A model generated the notes under the pieces. It saw only the letters and a list, made by a program, of their open reading frames with translations, ran no database searches and was not told where the DNA came from. A program made the translations under genes and the position numbers. 64,000 bases of DNA. It comes from Yuukianura sp. NJ FZ-2021 (taxonomy: Eukaryota). Location: NCBI GenBank assembly GCA_046563655.1, contig CM102290.1, positions 15,066,001 to 15,130,000 on the forward strand, given 5' to 3'. Below are positions 1 through 12,615 of this stretch, one piece after another. The first letter of the stretch is position 1. Each line of letters opens with the position of its first letter.

Positions 1-1387
1 AAGGTTACGAAATCCCAACAATCAGAGAAAATGTGGATTCGGCGCAACAGTCATGAACAAAAAATGCGCTGGGAATGTTACGTTTTAGGCCAAATTGATC
101 AAAATGAGCAAGTCTTTCAAAAAATAAGTGCGATGAATCATGTATTAGCATTCAGTTGCAATCCAACGCTGCTTTTGAACCACATTTGGCAATAAATGCT
201 CAAATTTTTACTCCAAAACTCCAATTCAAATTTTCTTTTTTGCTTTCTGCGAATTTCAATGTTGGAAAAACAAAGTTAACTGGCAGCAGTGCGGGTGAGA
301 ATTTTTATTGTAGGTGAGAGGAACTTTTTGCAATTTTTTTGCCTTGCCAGGCTGTATGACGAGAATTCTCTTCCAGAAAGTTGGATCTCCTGGAGTACAT
401 TCAACTCGTCACCTTCAACAACCTCCAGCATCTAAAATTACACCAACAGCTATACTCATGCTAGCCACATTTTCAAAATACTTTTTCAAAATTTCAAAAA
501 TAATTTGAAACATGCTTCAGGATTTGGAAATTTTCTGCCTCCCAACTCACATCTTCAGTCTCAACCACTGAACTGTTTTTAAAATGGGCTTTTTAAATTT
601 TTGCAAAAGCTGCATTTTAAACAATTTGTGCCGTGAGATGGTGGCTGACTTATGTAAAAGTTTGAATTATTTGAGTGTTTTTGGATTTTTTAAATTTGAA
701 ATGAGTTGATGTCATGTTGTCATGCACATCCGTTGTCAACATTTTAATTGTTAGGCTGTTGACGTTGGGCGTGTGACGTGGTTTGGAACATGAGGGAGTG
801 TCGCCGTGACATTGAATGTCACCGTGACATTGGGAAGTGACGATGCTTGTGATCATGATTAATGTCCTCATTCATCCAATTCCCGCAATTTTAGTGTACG
901 TCCACATTTGTTCTACCTTTGCATTTCAATCCAGCATATTTTTACTGGCGGTGGATTAGGTCAAAAAGTTCAAGGTTAAACGTGCTCTACTATGTATTTT
1001 AATGTGGAATTTTGAAATTCAAATTCCAATTTTCCAAATTTTGTGAAACGCTTGGCTGAAGCACGACTGAACATATTGTATAGTTTGGATTTACGTCAAC
1101 TTTAAAAAGTGAATTGACACACAAACTGTGTTGGGATAACACAAACAAAGTTCCAAGGTCACCGCTGACGCTCGTCACGAACTCTTTGCAAAATTCCATT
1201 GTGTCTAATCCTACAGATCCTTTGACCTTGACCTTTAGTCCATTTTTAAAGCATTTTGGACCATAGTGTACAAGTAGCCAATGCAAAAACTTTGTCTTTG
1301 AGCAGAAAAACAGTCGTGACGATAGGAGCGGCGGAAGGGGCGGAGCCTCGCTCAGAGCAGCTATGAACTGCATTACAAGTTTGTACT

Positions 1388-1459
1388 GAATTTGCAAGTT
1401 GTGAATTTGCGAACTGTGAATTTGCAAGTTGTGAATTTGCGAATTGTGAACTTGTGAAT
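1388..1459. repeat. 15-bp minisatellite (TGAATTTGCAAGTTG / TGAATTTGCGAACTG), ~4.5 copies
   Basis: Directly visible tandem units; gives SQFANSQLAN periodicity in a spurious ORF. Confidence 0.8.
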
Positions 1460-2214
1460 TGGATTAATTGAAAGTGCATCTCCATGCGGAGGGAGCTTCC
1501 TGGAAAGGCTAATCTGGTTGAGAACTGTCGTCATGTTGAGGTCTGTTGGATGTGCTTGTGATTTTGCGGTTGCTGAAAGTTAATTAGTGGAAGTTAATTA
1601 AGAGGAGAGTTAAAGTTAACTAGGTTTGGTTAGTCCCTACCACCCCACTTTTGAGCAGAGTTGAGTTGGGAGAGCAGTGTTGCTGGAGTGTGGTCCAGTG
1701 CTTCACTCCTGTCCAAACGCTCAAAAGTCTTGTTCGGAGAGTGAGGTTAGTGCTTTTGTGCAGTGTGTTCCACAAGAGTGTGTTAAGTGTGCCACCAGGT
1801 GGGACGACCTCAAACAAAGTCCAATCACCCCAACTTCAATTAATGTTTTCTCTTCATTCCACATTTCAACTCCGTTCCACGTCAACCCACCATCAAGCGT
1901 TCAAGCGAACCGCTGCACTCAAAGCGCAAAATTGAAGCGCCTGAACCCAACAGTTAGCACGGAGGCAGAACGGAATCGTCCGAAAGGCAGAACACACAAA
2001 ATCGTCGGAAAACGTTAGAAAATCGTTGGGGAACAGCTGGAAAACGATAGAAAATCTGAAGCGGAAAACGTCAAAGTAACGCATAAAACGTTCATCGTCC
2101 GAAAAGGGTAGAGAATCGTTATAAAACGTTGGAAAATCGTTTTATTAAAGCGGAAAGTCGTCAGAGTAAAGCAGAAAACGTTTTTAGGGCAAGGCGAGAC
2201 GTTTGTAAAACGAA

Positions 2215-4543
2215 ATGTCGACTAGTGCTGAAGCTGTTTCTGGAGTTGGTGGGAAAGGTGAGTATTGACCTTAAATGTCATTGACCTCGTAAAAACTTTG
2301 CCACTTGAACTTTACGCATTTACAAAGTGTAAAATTGAGTCGTAAACTTGTGGATTTTACGGTATGAATTTACGATGCGTAAATTGAGGAGTGTTTCCAG
2401 TGTCAATTTTATGCGAGTAGCAATTGTCTAAAAACAATAGACGTTTGTTCCAGTTTATTAGACTGCTCTGACCTACTAAGAGAATAACTTTATGATTCGT
2501 AATTAGTTAATTAAGTTTTGCTAAAAGTTAATTAAGTTTAGACTTAATTAAGCCTTGACTAAGGTTAATGTTAATGCATGACCTTAACATATTGGATGTC
2601 ATGTCATATAAGTTATTTTGTGGTCAGGTGATAAGCTCACTGCAAACCAAGCGCACTTTTTTTCTTTCCAATTTTTTCTCTGTCGACTGCCTTGATTAGT
2701 CTTTTTTGCTCTTGGAATTGTACAGGATGAACACAAATTGGTGGTTTTACTTCTTTTTTCTGTTTTTTATAGACGTTTGGAGTTCCAGAAGAGACTTGTC
2801 CAGGAAATCCAGTTGTGAGTCGTCCACCAAATCAGAAATGTCCACTGACGATTGGCCGTCACTGTCCGAAGTCATTGACAAAGTGACGAAACTGACTGTC
2901 GACGTCAAGACGCCACCAGTCTCCATGGTGACAACCAATGGGCATCACGCATCCGTGACAACCAATGGGCATCAGGCAGGAGTAGCCAATGAGCGAACTG
3001 GACGCAAAGGAAGCTCCTCCCCCAACGGAACCGACTCTTGCTCAAGCATCGGGGAGGAACCGGAATGCTGGGGTGACTGTGTTCCGGAAACTGCCGAAGA
3101 GACAAACGGAGAGGCCGAAGGGGACGGAACAATGTCAAGGTCAACTGCCGCGGCGGTGGACGTTGACGCACCGTTGGCCACGGTGGACGAGCCAGAGCAA
3201 GCGAATGGCGTTGCAGAGCCAGGCTCAAGGCGAAAGTCGTCGAAAGGTGAACGAATTCCGCTGTTTTGAAATTTAATTACGTGTTTTTTGAATTTGCGTC
3301 ATCAGTGACAAGTTTTATCCTCATAATTTGCGCTTTTCTGAAATTTTTGTCTAATTTCTGAAATTTTAGCATCCAAATTGAAATGGATTCCTTTACCGCT
3401 ACCGGATTTGCCGCCACTGAAACAACGAACCGGTAGAAGACCTCCGACGAAACGATCCGACAAACCCAAGAACAAGCCAGGTACGGTTTAAAAATTAAAA
3501 ATTCGAAATTTCTTCTACAAAACGAAAACTAGAATTCAATGTGGTAAGTGTTGACATCAATTTTGAATTCCAAAAAAAAAATTAAACGAGTTGCGGCTTC
3601 TGTTGTGTTTTGATTTAAGTTTACCACCAATACAGAAAGCTGATCTAATTTTTTTTTTGCTGAAAATATGTTGTGATGTGTTTTTCTGCAACTATTTTTT
3701 GCACAAGTTGCTAAAACTGTTGTAAACCTCAATCAGGAATGTATGGATGTTGCTGAATTTGGAATTGTGTCATTCATTTGAATTTTTTTGTTTCTTCAGA
3801 TGGAACTGCGTCGAACGGAACGAACGGAGTTTGTGCCCAATCTGCGAGCGACACTCGAAACAAACTGTCTCCGAAGGCTGGTGCCAAATCTTCTGGTGGG
3901 AAACATTTCAATGTCGCTGGGAAATCACGACGTGTGGCCTCTCTGTCTCCATCGTCACCCGTCAGCGGAGAATTCCCGGATTTCGGACTGGTCGGTTCTC
4001 CGGTACCGGGACACTCCGGATCCGAATTCTTGATGCCCTACACTTGGCATGCACCGGACTTCTGCCCACTTCCGCCTCAAATGGACGACATTCTGCTCAT
4101 CACGCTCCTCAGACACCAAATGTAAGCAAAAATATGACAGTCTGTAACAGTCCATGCATGATGCGAAAAGTCTTCTTTGCGACCAAATCGAATTAATAGT
4201 TAACTTGAGTCTTTTTTTTTGTTTTAGTGAATATTACTTTGGCGTGGAAAATCTGTCGCGTGATTTTTTTCTGCGACGGAAGATGGACTCGGAAGGGTAC
4301 TTGCCGATTCACCTCATCGCGTCTTTCCAGCGTGTGCAGAAGTTGACTTCGGACATTGACAAAGTGAGTGCAGCGATCCAGTCGTCCAGCATGCTGGAAT
4401 TCAAAGATGGCTGTGTCCGCACACTGTTCAACCCACTGCGGTGGCCCATCATGGACAATGTGCCCATGTCACCAGTCTCCCTCGTCAGTCGCACTTTTAC
4501 ACTCCCCATGCCCTGTCCCGTCGGCAATGGAATTGCAATCTAA
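2215..4543 (+). CDS. LARP1: La-related protein 1-like (LaM domain; apparently lacks DM15), ~421 aa, 5 exons
   Basis: Phase-compatible GT-AG exons 2215-2257, 2773-3246, 3370-3480, 3800-4121, 4228-4543. Has the LARP1-type KWIPL motif and the La motif [42 protein letters not shown]. Confidence 0.85.
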
Positions 4544-5392
4544 CTATCCAAATTTAACCGCCATCCTCACAGACGCACAGATTTTCCAAAGAGAAAGGCT
4601 ACCAATTATTTATTTACGCAAAAACGGCCGTTTCCGCCTCGCACGAAATTCCTAAGCCTAAAACTCCAGTAAATATTTTTTTTAAATCGCTCCAAGCAAA
4701 CCTAACAAAAAAAAATTTTCAAAAGTGAAAATTCAAAAAAAAATATAAAAATCAAACTAAAACGTAAAAAAAAAGTTTAAAAAGCATAAAGTCTACAAAG
4801 ATATTCTTTGTAGTAGGGGAAAAAATTTTGGATAAATTTTGGAACAAGTTTTCAAAATGTTGAAAACCTTGTTCAAATAAATTATCCAAATTAAAAAAAA
4901 GAGACAAAGGATATATTTATTTTGACAATTTCTCAAATAATGGTGGCTTATGCCTAGCTTCTCCGATTGATGTTAATTTAACATAAGAATGTTAGAGTAA
5001 GTTGAAATGAAACAATAGAATTGTTAAGTATTTTTTTTTGTAAGTGAGTGAGTGACGTACACGCAATATGAAGTTGTTGACAAGTTGACAACGCTGTAAT
5101 TGTTGACAAGTTGACAACAATGCAATAATTATGTAATTAGAAACCCTAATTACTTTTGAAAGTTTTACTTTCACAAAAAAAATGTTACCGTTTTTGTGTT
5201 TTTGAAATGTAAGGTTGATTGGTAAGTGAAATGGTAAAAAGTATGGTAGAGGCAGGGTTGCCATGACAACAAATGGAAGTTTGAGGACATATTGCACCGA
5301 GACTAGGGAATTATGCCTTAACTTAATTGATTAATTAATTATAACTAATTCTAGTTAAGTTTAATTTTTGGTTAAATGTTAATTGTAGTTAA

Positions 5393-7724
5393 CTATTGTT
5401 GTAACTCGAGTTGCCATACGTGTTGTGGCCACCCAGTTCTTCCCTTGGTAGTTTTCCTGTCGCCATGGGAACTCACACAACTCTTCTTACTCCCACCACT
5501 GCTGCTGTGACACTGGCTGTTGTTCAGCTCCGCCAACTTCCAACACAAACAATTACATTATATTTAGTTAATTTATTTACACATGCCACAATTAAATAAA
5601 TTATCATTTATTTATACAAAATGTCAACTTTCCCAACGTTTTTCTACCAAAATGAAACGTTTTTGGGGCATTTCAAGGTTTTTTTTTGTCATTTTTTGAA
5701 AATGATTTTGAGAACTGTTCAAACAGCCTAACTTTTTTTAAATTCCGATTTCTAGTTTTTTTTTTGAAAAGTACCCGCCGCTTCAAATAGATCAACAAAA
5801 GTTTTGTAAACAAAGTCAAAAGATGTTGGAGAGAGAAGGTGTGTCTTTTGAAAATTCAAATTTCCCTCCTGCTTTGATCCTGCAGCTTTTCCACCCTCTC
5901 CCAAACTACCCGCGTAATTTTCAATTCCTAATTCAAAACTTTGTTTACAAATAACATTTTTCTCATCTCAATGTGTGGAGGGGGTGGTTTTTTGAGAGAT
6001 TTCGGTCCAAGTGAAGATGAATCTTTCAAATTCACCCTCTCTCCCTCCGTTGTCTCTGCTTCCTCTCAACTTTTTTTGTACTTTAATATATTTTTATTAC
6101 ATTTTATGAAGGATTTCATAAAATGTAGAGCTGTGCACGCATGCTTATTTTTCGCATAATTTGATTTTCACTGCGATTGGGAGGGAGCAGAGATCAGTTG
6201 ATCTTTGAATTCAATCAACACTAACAGCATTTACGTGTTTTGGGAACCTAGGTTTGGTGGAAACGATTAGGCTAACCTAATTGAGTTAGTTTAACCTAAT
6301 CAAGTCCCTTTAGACTACTGCACTCCTCCGTCCAAGTGAAGAGTGCAGTAGTCTAACTTTGGAGTTGTGCTCAACTTACGAGCAGTTCTTTCTTCCGCTT
6401 CTCATCTCCTCGTCCGAGTTTCCTGGAGAGTTCTGCCGTGAATGCCGCAGGCGTTCTGGACGGGTCATCTCCAGACAAAGTTTCTGACAAGTACGCGATG
6501 TACGAAGTGGCCAAACGCAAAGTCTTGATTTTACCTGCAATTTACATAAATTTCAAAAAAAAAATTTGATTTGAGACTAGAATTTTGGTCAAGATTAATA
6601 AATTTTAGAAACACGAATTACATTTTTGGAAAAGCTTAAAAAACAAAACTGAAATTCTTCACTTCTGCAACCGAAAATTGTTTTAATTTTAAAAACCCCA
6701 TAAAACTTGATAAATAAATGCTATTTTTTGCTTAAAAATTTTGGTTTTTAAATTTTGAAAAAGAGTAAGTAAAGTACAGTGGGAGGTCAGCGGTTTTACG
6801 AGGTGATAAATCCCGAATTGGGAAATCAACCCGCACCCCTTCAAATGTAATGTTTGGTGTTGAAGTAATTAGAACTCTGAGTTTGTGGAAGAGACTTCAG
6901 TTGACAACTACTCGAGGACCCTTAAGTGCATCTCTACGTGACCTTTGACCTCTCATCTTCACAACTCACATTTCCCTCGGCTCCAATTACTCAACATACT
7001 CTAGCTCACTTTGTACCTAACACAACCGAAAGATCACTTTCAGCTCTTCAGTTTCATCTTCAACTCCCAAAATCATCTGCGTTAGTGGCAATTTTAGAAT
7101 ATCAACCACTTTTCCTTACTAAATTTCCCATTTTTCATTAGAAGCTCAACAAAAAGCAGAATTTCTGGTGAAAGGTCAACTTTTTCCAGAGGTCAACTTT
7201 TTGTTTTCAGAGGTCAACTTACTGAGTTTGGTATCTGAGGGTACGTTTGGAATGCAGTCTCTGAGTTCAGCGAATGCGTTGTTGATGGACTGCGTTCTTC
7301 TGCGTTCCTTCTTGTTGGCCGTGTTGCGTCTGCGCACCGTGGGTCTCCCTGTGACTAGCGGTTCGTGTGGGGGGTTCCCCCTGGGGGGCTCCTCCCCCTC
7401 TGACATCTCGTGCACTTGAGCAGGGTCAAAGGGCCCCCACCCAGAGTACATTGGTTTGTAGTAGTCTGCACAGCAGTCGTCAAGGGGCCTTGGAATTCCG
7501 TCGGGGGGCACATAAGGGGGGATGGGGTGGGCGGGGGGCGGATAGTCGTAGTACAGTCCCTGACTTCCACTGACGTCATTGGCCACGTACCCTTCGCTGT
7601 ACGTGTCGTCTGAACTTGAGCCACTTGACCCGCCGCACCAAGCAAAGTCAGGGTAATTGGGCGGGGCGGGTATTGGAGAGTCGGGGGGAACCAAACCACT
7701 GTTTAAACCTGCCGAACTGTGCAT
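5393..7724 (-). CDS. Hand: bHLH transcription factor Hand
   Basis: Exons 7724-7223, 6534-6380, 5536-5393. bHLH [53 protein letters not shown] and the Hand-specific C-terminal motif KGRTGWPQHVWQLEL. Confidence 0.96.
6310..6356. repeat. Perfect 16-bp inverted repeat with 15-nt spacer in Hand intron 2
   Basis: TTAGACTACTGCACTC at 6310-6325 and GAGTGCAGTAGTCTAA at 6341-6356. Confidence 0.9.
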
Positions 7725-10700
7725 GATTCCGAGGTCAAGCGTTGACCTCTGGCGGATTAAAGTGGAACAGGGTCAAAGGTCAACTGAATTTCAGAAAATA
7801 ACTAACTTGATGTTAATTAACCGTGACTTTAAGATGTTAGTGTGACTTTGAAGGGCTCTGAAGATCAACTGAAATTTCTTTCGATGTTCTAAATCCAGCG
7901 ACTAGGCGGAAGTGAGAAGATGAAGATGTGGGTGGGCGGGTGGAGGGTTGAAGCTCCACCTTCTTTCAGAAATGGAGCTCAGTGATTGGTTGCTAGGGAA
8001 GGGAGTCCCGCCCCCACGATGCCCCGCCCCCCGGGTGGCTGTGTTCCTGTAAGCCATTAATCTAATTCAATCCTCGATGTCTCCCATCTGGCAAGTAACT
8101 CTAGAACGAGTAATGGGCAGCCAATAAATCCAACACAATCTAACCAAAACCATCTACTTATTATGACCACAATTTCAAAAAAAAAGAAGTTTTTTTGAAA
8201 AAAAAATCAAATTTTAAAAACATATAGAATTTTAGTTTTTTCTGTTTTCAAATTCTTGTTAGTCTGATTATCATGTAAGTATCCTCACTCGTTTGTTTTT
8301 CAACCCCCACACTTCAGTTTTTAAAAAAACTCTTATCAATTCAACTGCTTTTGAAAAAGTGTAAAAAAACGTTTTTGAAGGAACGTTTTCAAGATTCCAA
8401 AAAATTCAAAGGTTATGAAACTTTGGCAAGTATTTCTTTAAGAATTGAGCAGTGTATGGGTGTAATTTTGGAAAGTATCTTTTGTTCAAACAGACTCTTG
8501 TAAAAACCAGACTTCGTTTCAGTTTTTTTAGAAAAATGAAACATTTTGAAAGAAAAGGAGAGAATATGTTTTGGTTTTGAAAAAAACAGACTCCCCAGGC
8601 AGCACAAGATCTCTGCGTCACTCCTTTTAGCCCCAAAAACTTTTTAAAAAGTTAGAAAAAGTTTATGAAATGGATTCCGTTTTATCACTCGTCAAATGTT
8701 TATTTCTTCTGTTGCTCCACTGTTTACTTTGGCAGCACAAGAAATAGATACACCATGGCTCATAACTTCCAAACTATTCACTCAAATAGGCTAACTTTGT
8801 TTTTTTAAGCTAGGTTCGTTAGGTTAGTTAGGTTTTGTCCTCTGTTGTTACAGGACTATCATCTTTTTAACCCTTTGACAGGTTCGTGTTTTCTTTTTCA
8901 GCTTTCACCCAAATTTATCATCCCACTTTTCAAATTTCCCACGAAAAGCACAAATTCCTTTAAAAAAACAAAATCAACAAATCCAATTTCTTACTGGAAT
9001 TCAAAATTTTACTGTTCTCAATTTTCAAAATTTGAATCCTACATATTAAGTTACATTAGAATTCGGAAACAAAACACTAAAAACGTTGTATTTTTGAATC
9101 GAATTACAAATGGGGCATGGTGTATGAAAATGAGTCAAATTTGAAATTCTTTTCGGAATTCAAAAAAGCCGCCACCAGAAGGTGTTCAGAAACATAAAGT
9201 CAAAGGACATGGCTCATCTGGTTTTCTAGAATTTCAAAATTTTGAAACCTTATCCACTTCATACTCAACTTTCAAAACGGCTCAAATGAACCGCGTTTAA
9301 TTTCAATTCAAAACTATCAATTCATGCTTTCTAAAATACAGGCAAGAGATTGATGAAAATCAATTTTCAAAATTCTAAAGAAAATTTTTGAGAAAAAGTG
9401 GAAAAAATGGAATTTCAAATATGAAACAAGTTTTGGGGAAGGTGTTAATAACAAAACGGAGGAAGCGAATAGTTGCATGTAAAGTTGAGTTCAACGGCGT
9501 ACTAAAATTGTAATTAAAGAGTACAGAATTTTAAGAAAGTTGGAAATGGGTCAATTGACCTGTCGGGTCAAAATGTTAATTGACGGGTACTTCATGGGTT
9601 AATTAACCCTGCACTACAGTCGGTTTTGTTTGTTCAAACGGTAGCCGACCAATCATCGCTCAGCATGCGGCGTCCGTGAACTAAAAATCTTTTGTGCAAA
9701 GTGAATTTCATTCATTTCTCACATTTTCCCAATTTTTTGCACCTCGGCAGACGAGTTGCGAAAATTAATCTTTGTTGGATTTCACTTTTTCGCAAACCCC
9801 AAAATCAACTTTTCCTAAACATGGAAATTGACGACTCCAACAGAAGCATTTGTGATGAATGGGATCAAGTACCTCGTTAAGCGGCAGACTTTTTAAACAA
9901 AAGAGCGGGAAATTTTGAATTTTCGAGTTTCCAATAATCTTGTTTCAAATTTGAGTGGGGATTTGAAGTGTCTTTATGAAGATCTCTCATAATCTTTCAA
10001 ACGAAACCGCCAAATGACTTTTGTTTTGTCTGAGACTTCAAAGGGCCCCTCCCTTAAGTCCACTTGTCAAGGAAGTCATGTCACATGGGTCCTTGGACAC
10101 TTTTTCAAAAGTTAAGCGACAGGCACTGCCCAGTCTTCTTTTTCTGTCAAAACAAACCCAAAAAGTAACCACTTTTTCACATTTCTGTATCACGAAAAAA
10201 AAATGCCAAAATATGAAAAAATTCAAAATTGTTGTTTAAAAGTACAAACCGCCTGCGGCGTTGAGCCCCACTTTGTCGGTCCCACCAACAACGTGGCCCA
10301 CCACGTCGAAGTTAGGCGGTAAAAACCAATTTCTGGTTAGGCTAGTTTGTAATGATTGGTTAACGGCGGCAGTTTTTGAAACTTGTGAATGTTTTTGCGG
10401 CAAGTGCTTTGTTTTTTGAAATTTTTTAAAAATTGTGTGTGGAGATGCACAAAGACAATTGTGAAGTGACCGGAAAGGAGGGCGTGGTGGCCCTGTCTGC
10501 GTACTCACGGAATGTCTCAATTGGGGACCCTTAAGGGTACACTTCAATTGTGGGCCCTTAAAGGTACTATACCAACCTAATTCCACAACCAGAGTAATTT
10601 TGGAGGTGTAACTGCAACTGATCTTCCAAAGAAGTGGTCCTTTTGAAGTGAAATTGAAACTAATGTTTTTAGGAATTGGTGAAACTGTGGTGAAACTCCT

Positions 10701-12615
10701 CCGTTTGTTTAAGGGTCTCTGCTTAAAGTGACCCTGCGCAGTGACCCCTTCGTGAGACCTCACAAGGGCCCTTTGCTCACTTTAAAGTAATTCCAAGGTG
10801 CGGCTCATACAAACACAAGTTTTTTCAAATTGACTCAACGAGCTTCCACTTCTGACTCACTAGTGTCTCAATTCAAGTACTAACATAACATAACATAAAA
10901 ATGTCAGCTACATTACCAAAAATGTTACTAAATTTTAACAAAAATGTTGAAAATTTTACTAAATTTCGTCGAAAAAAATTGATTAGGTTATGTTTTGAGT
11001 ATATTTTTGGGATTAAAGTTTGAGTTGGTGATAAGTGGCAAAAAGTTGATGTGAGAGGAGACAAGGCACTTCGGAATAAGATGATGGAATTGAAAGATGT
11101 TGGCGCCTTCGTGGTTCACCACAAATGGAAATCCATTTCAAAAAATATTAAGTTCAACTTGGATTTAGTTTTTGAAAAAAACTTGGAAGTTTGAAGTTGT
11201 TTGGTCTCTATAAATCTTTTCTCTACTGATTTGTTTGAGTAATTCCCGAACCCCCCTCTTTTCAAAATTCAAAATGACAAAGTGTACAGTCTCGTTCAAA
11301 ATAGTTTTTCAATTTCAAAAGTCAGTGACACTTTGACTCAAGTTAGGGACTGACCTTACTCAATCACTGAACCACTTTGTACAACAATCACAACCCTCTT
11401 GTACCACTTTCCGTTTCCAAAAAATATCCATTTCACTTTCTAAGGCACTAATGTTTTTGTCTCAAAGGGCCCTTAAGGGCTCCTCTCTTGACACTTTTGG
11501 CACTTCAATGTCTTTGCACCATCCGCCACTTCATCCTCCAAAGTTTGGATTTTGAAATGAACATTTTGAAGAAAGCGGTGATTATTTAGGAGTTGTGATT
11601 GAAAGCACATGAAAATGGCGAGGTTGAGATGAGAATGTAAAAGTGTGGCGAGGGAGCATTTGGATTTATGGAATCCTCTTTTCTAAACAAAGACAATGTT
11701 TGAAGTGTCTCATTGTCGGTGTCTAATTAGTCTAAATTTATCGCTTGGGTTCAACATGTCACTTAAATCACCCTGCACTTCTACTTGGAAGATCTTGTTA
11801 GCCAGTCACTGCATTCCACCAATTTCTAAGAATAACATTCAACATTTCTTCACAACATTCAACATTTCACACTCAAATCAGAAACAAAAGCAACACTCTC
11901 CTTCATCACTCCAATTTCAGCAAAATGCGCCCAATTACTAGACACCTCTTATTTGCGGAGACGTCTAGTGCTAAAACTAGCAAAAACACAACTGAATAAA
12001 TGAGTTGGAAGCTTAACTGAGTTAATTAACTAAATAAATTAGCGCTATTTCTCCGTTTTGTAAGCACTAATTAGTTTTCATAGTTAAAAGTTGGCGTCTT
12101 TTTCTAGAAACTTCTGAGTGTTGCCTGCCATCTTGCGGTGAAAAAAGCAACTACTAAGAAAAAGTGCGGGAAAAGTTTTGAGAAATTCAAAAACAAAAAT
12201 AGGAAAATCAAAATCCAAAAAGAAACAAGGAAAAAAAAGGTGACACTTCCAAGTTCACTTATGGACAGATTTAGTTGAGGTGAAAGTTAGTCAATTACTA
12301 ATTGAAAACTTAATTAATTGAAACTTAGGGCTAGATTAGGAATTAGTAAGGAAAGACACTTAGGTAACGGCATTTGGGGGAGGCTCAAGACGATCTATGA
12401 ACGATTTGGAGAGGTAAGTGGGTGGGAAGTATGACAAAAATGTAACAACTGTTTGAGATCTACTCATACTGTAACTGTCAAGTAGTATCCAATTGTAATG
12501 TTTTAAAATATTTCATATATAGGGATTTATACCATAATTCCTTTTATTTGTAATATTTAGTAGATAGTTGTGATTTGAAATCAGTGAAGAGGTGACAAGA
12601 CTAAGGGCGCTCAAC

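Noticed and set aside
1..1990. A gene in the first 2 kb
   Set aside because: No ORF with recognisable similarity; the SQFANSQLAN periodicity comes from a 15-bp repeat.
8406..11941. Short ORFs upstream of Hand
   Set aside because: F/K/L-rich translations of AT-rich noncoding DNA with no motifs or coherent splice pattern.
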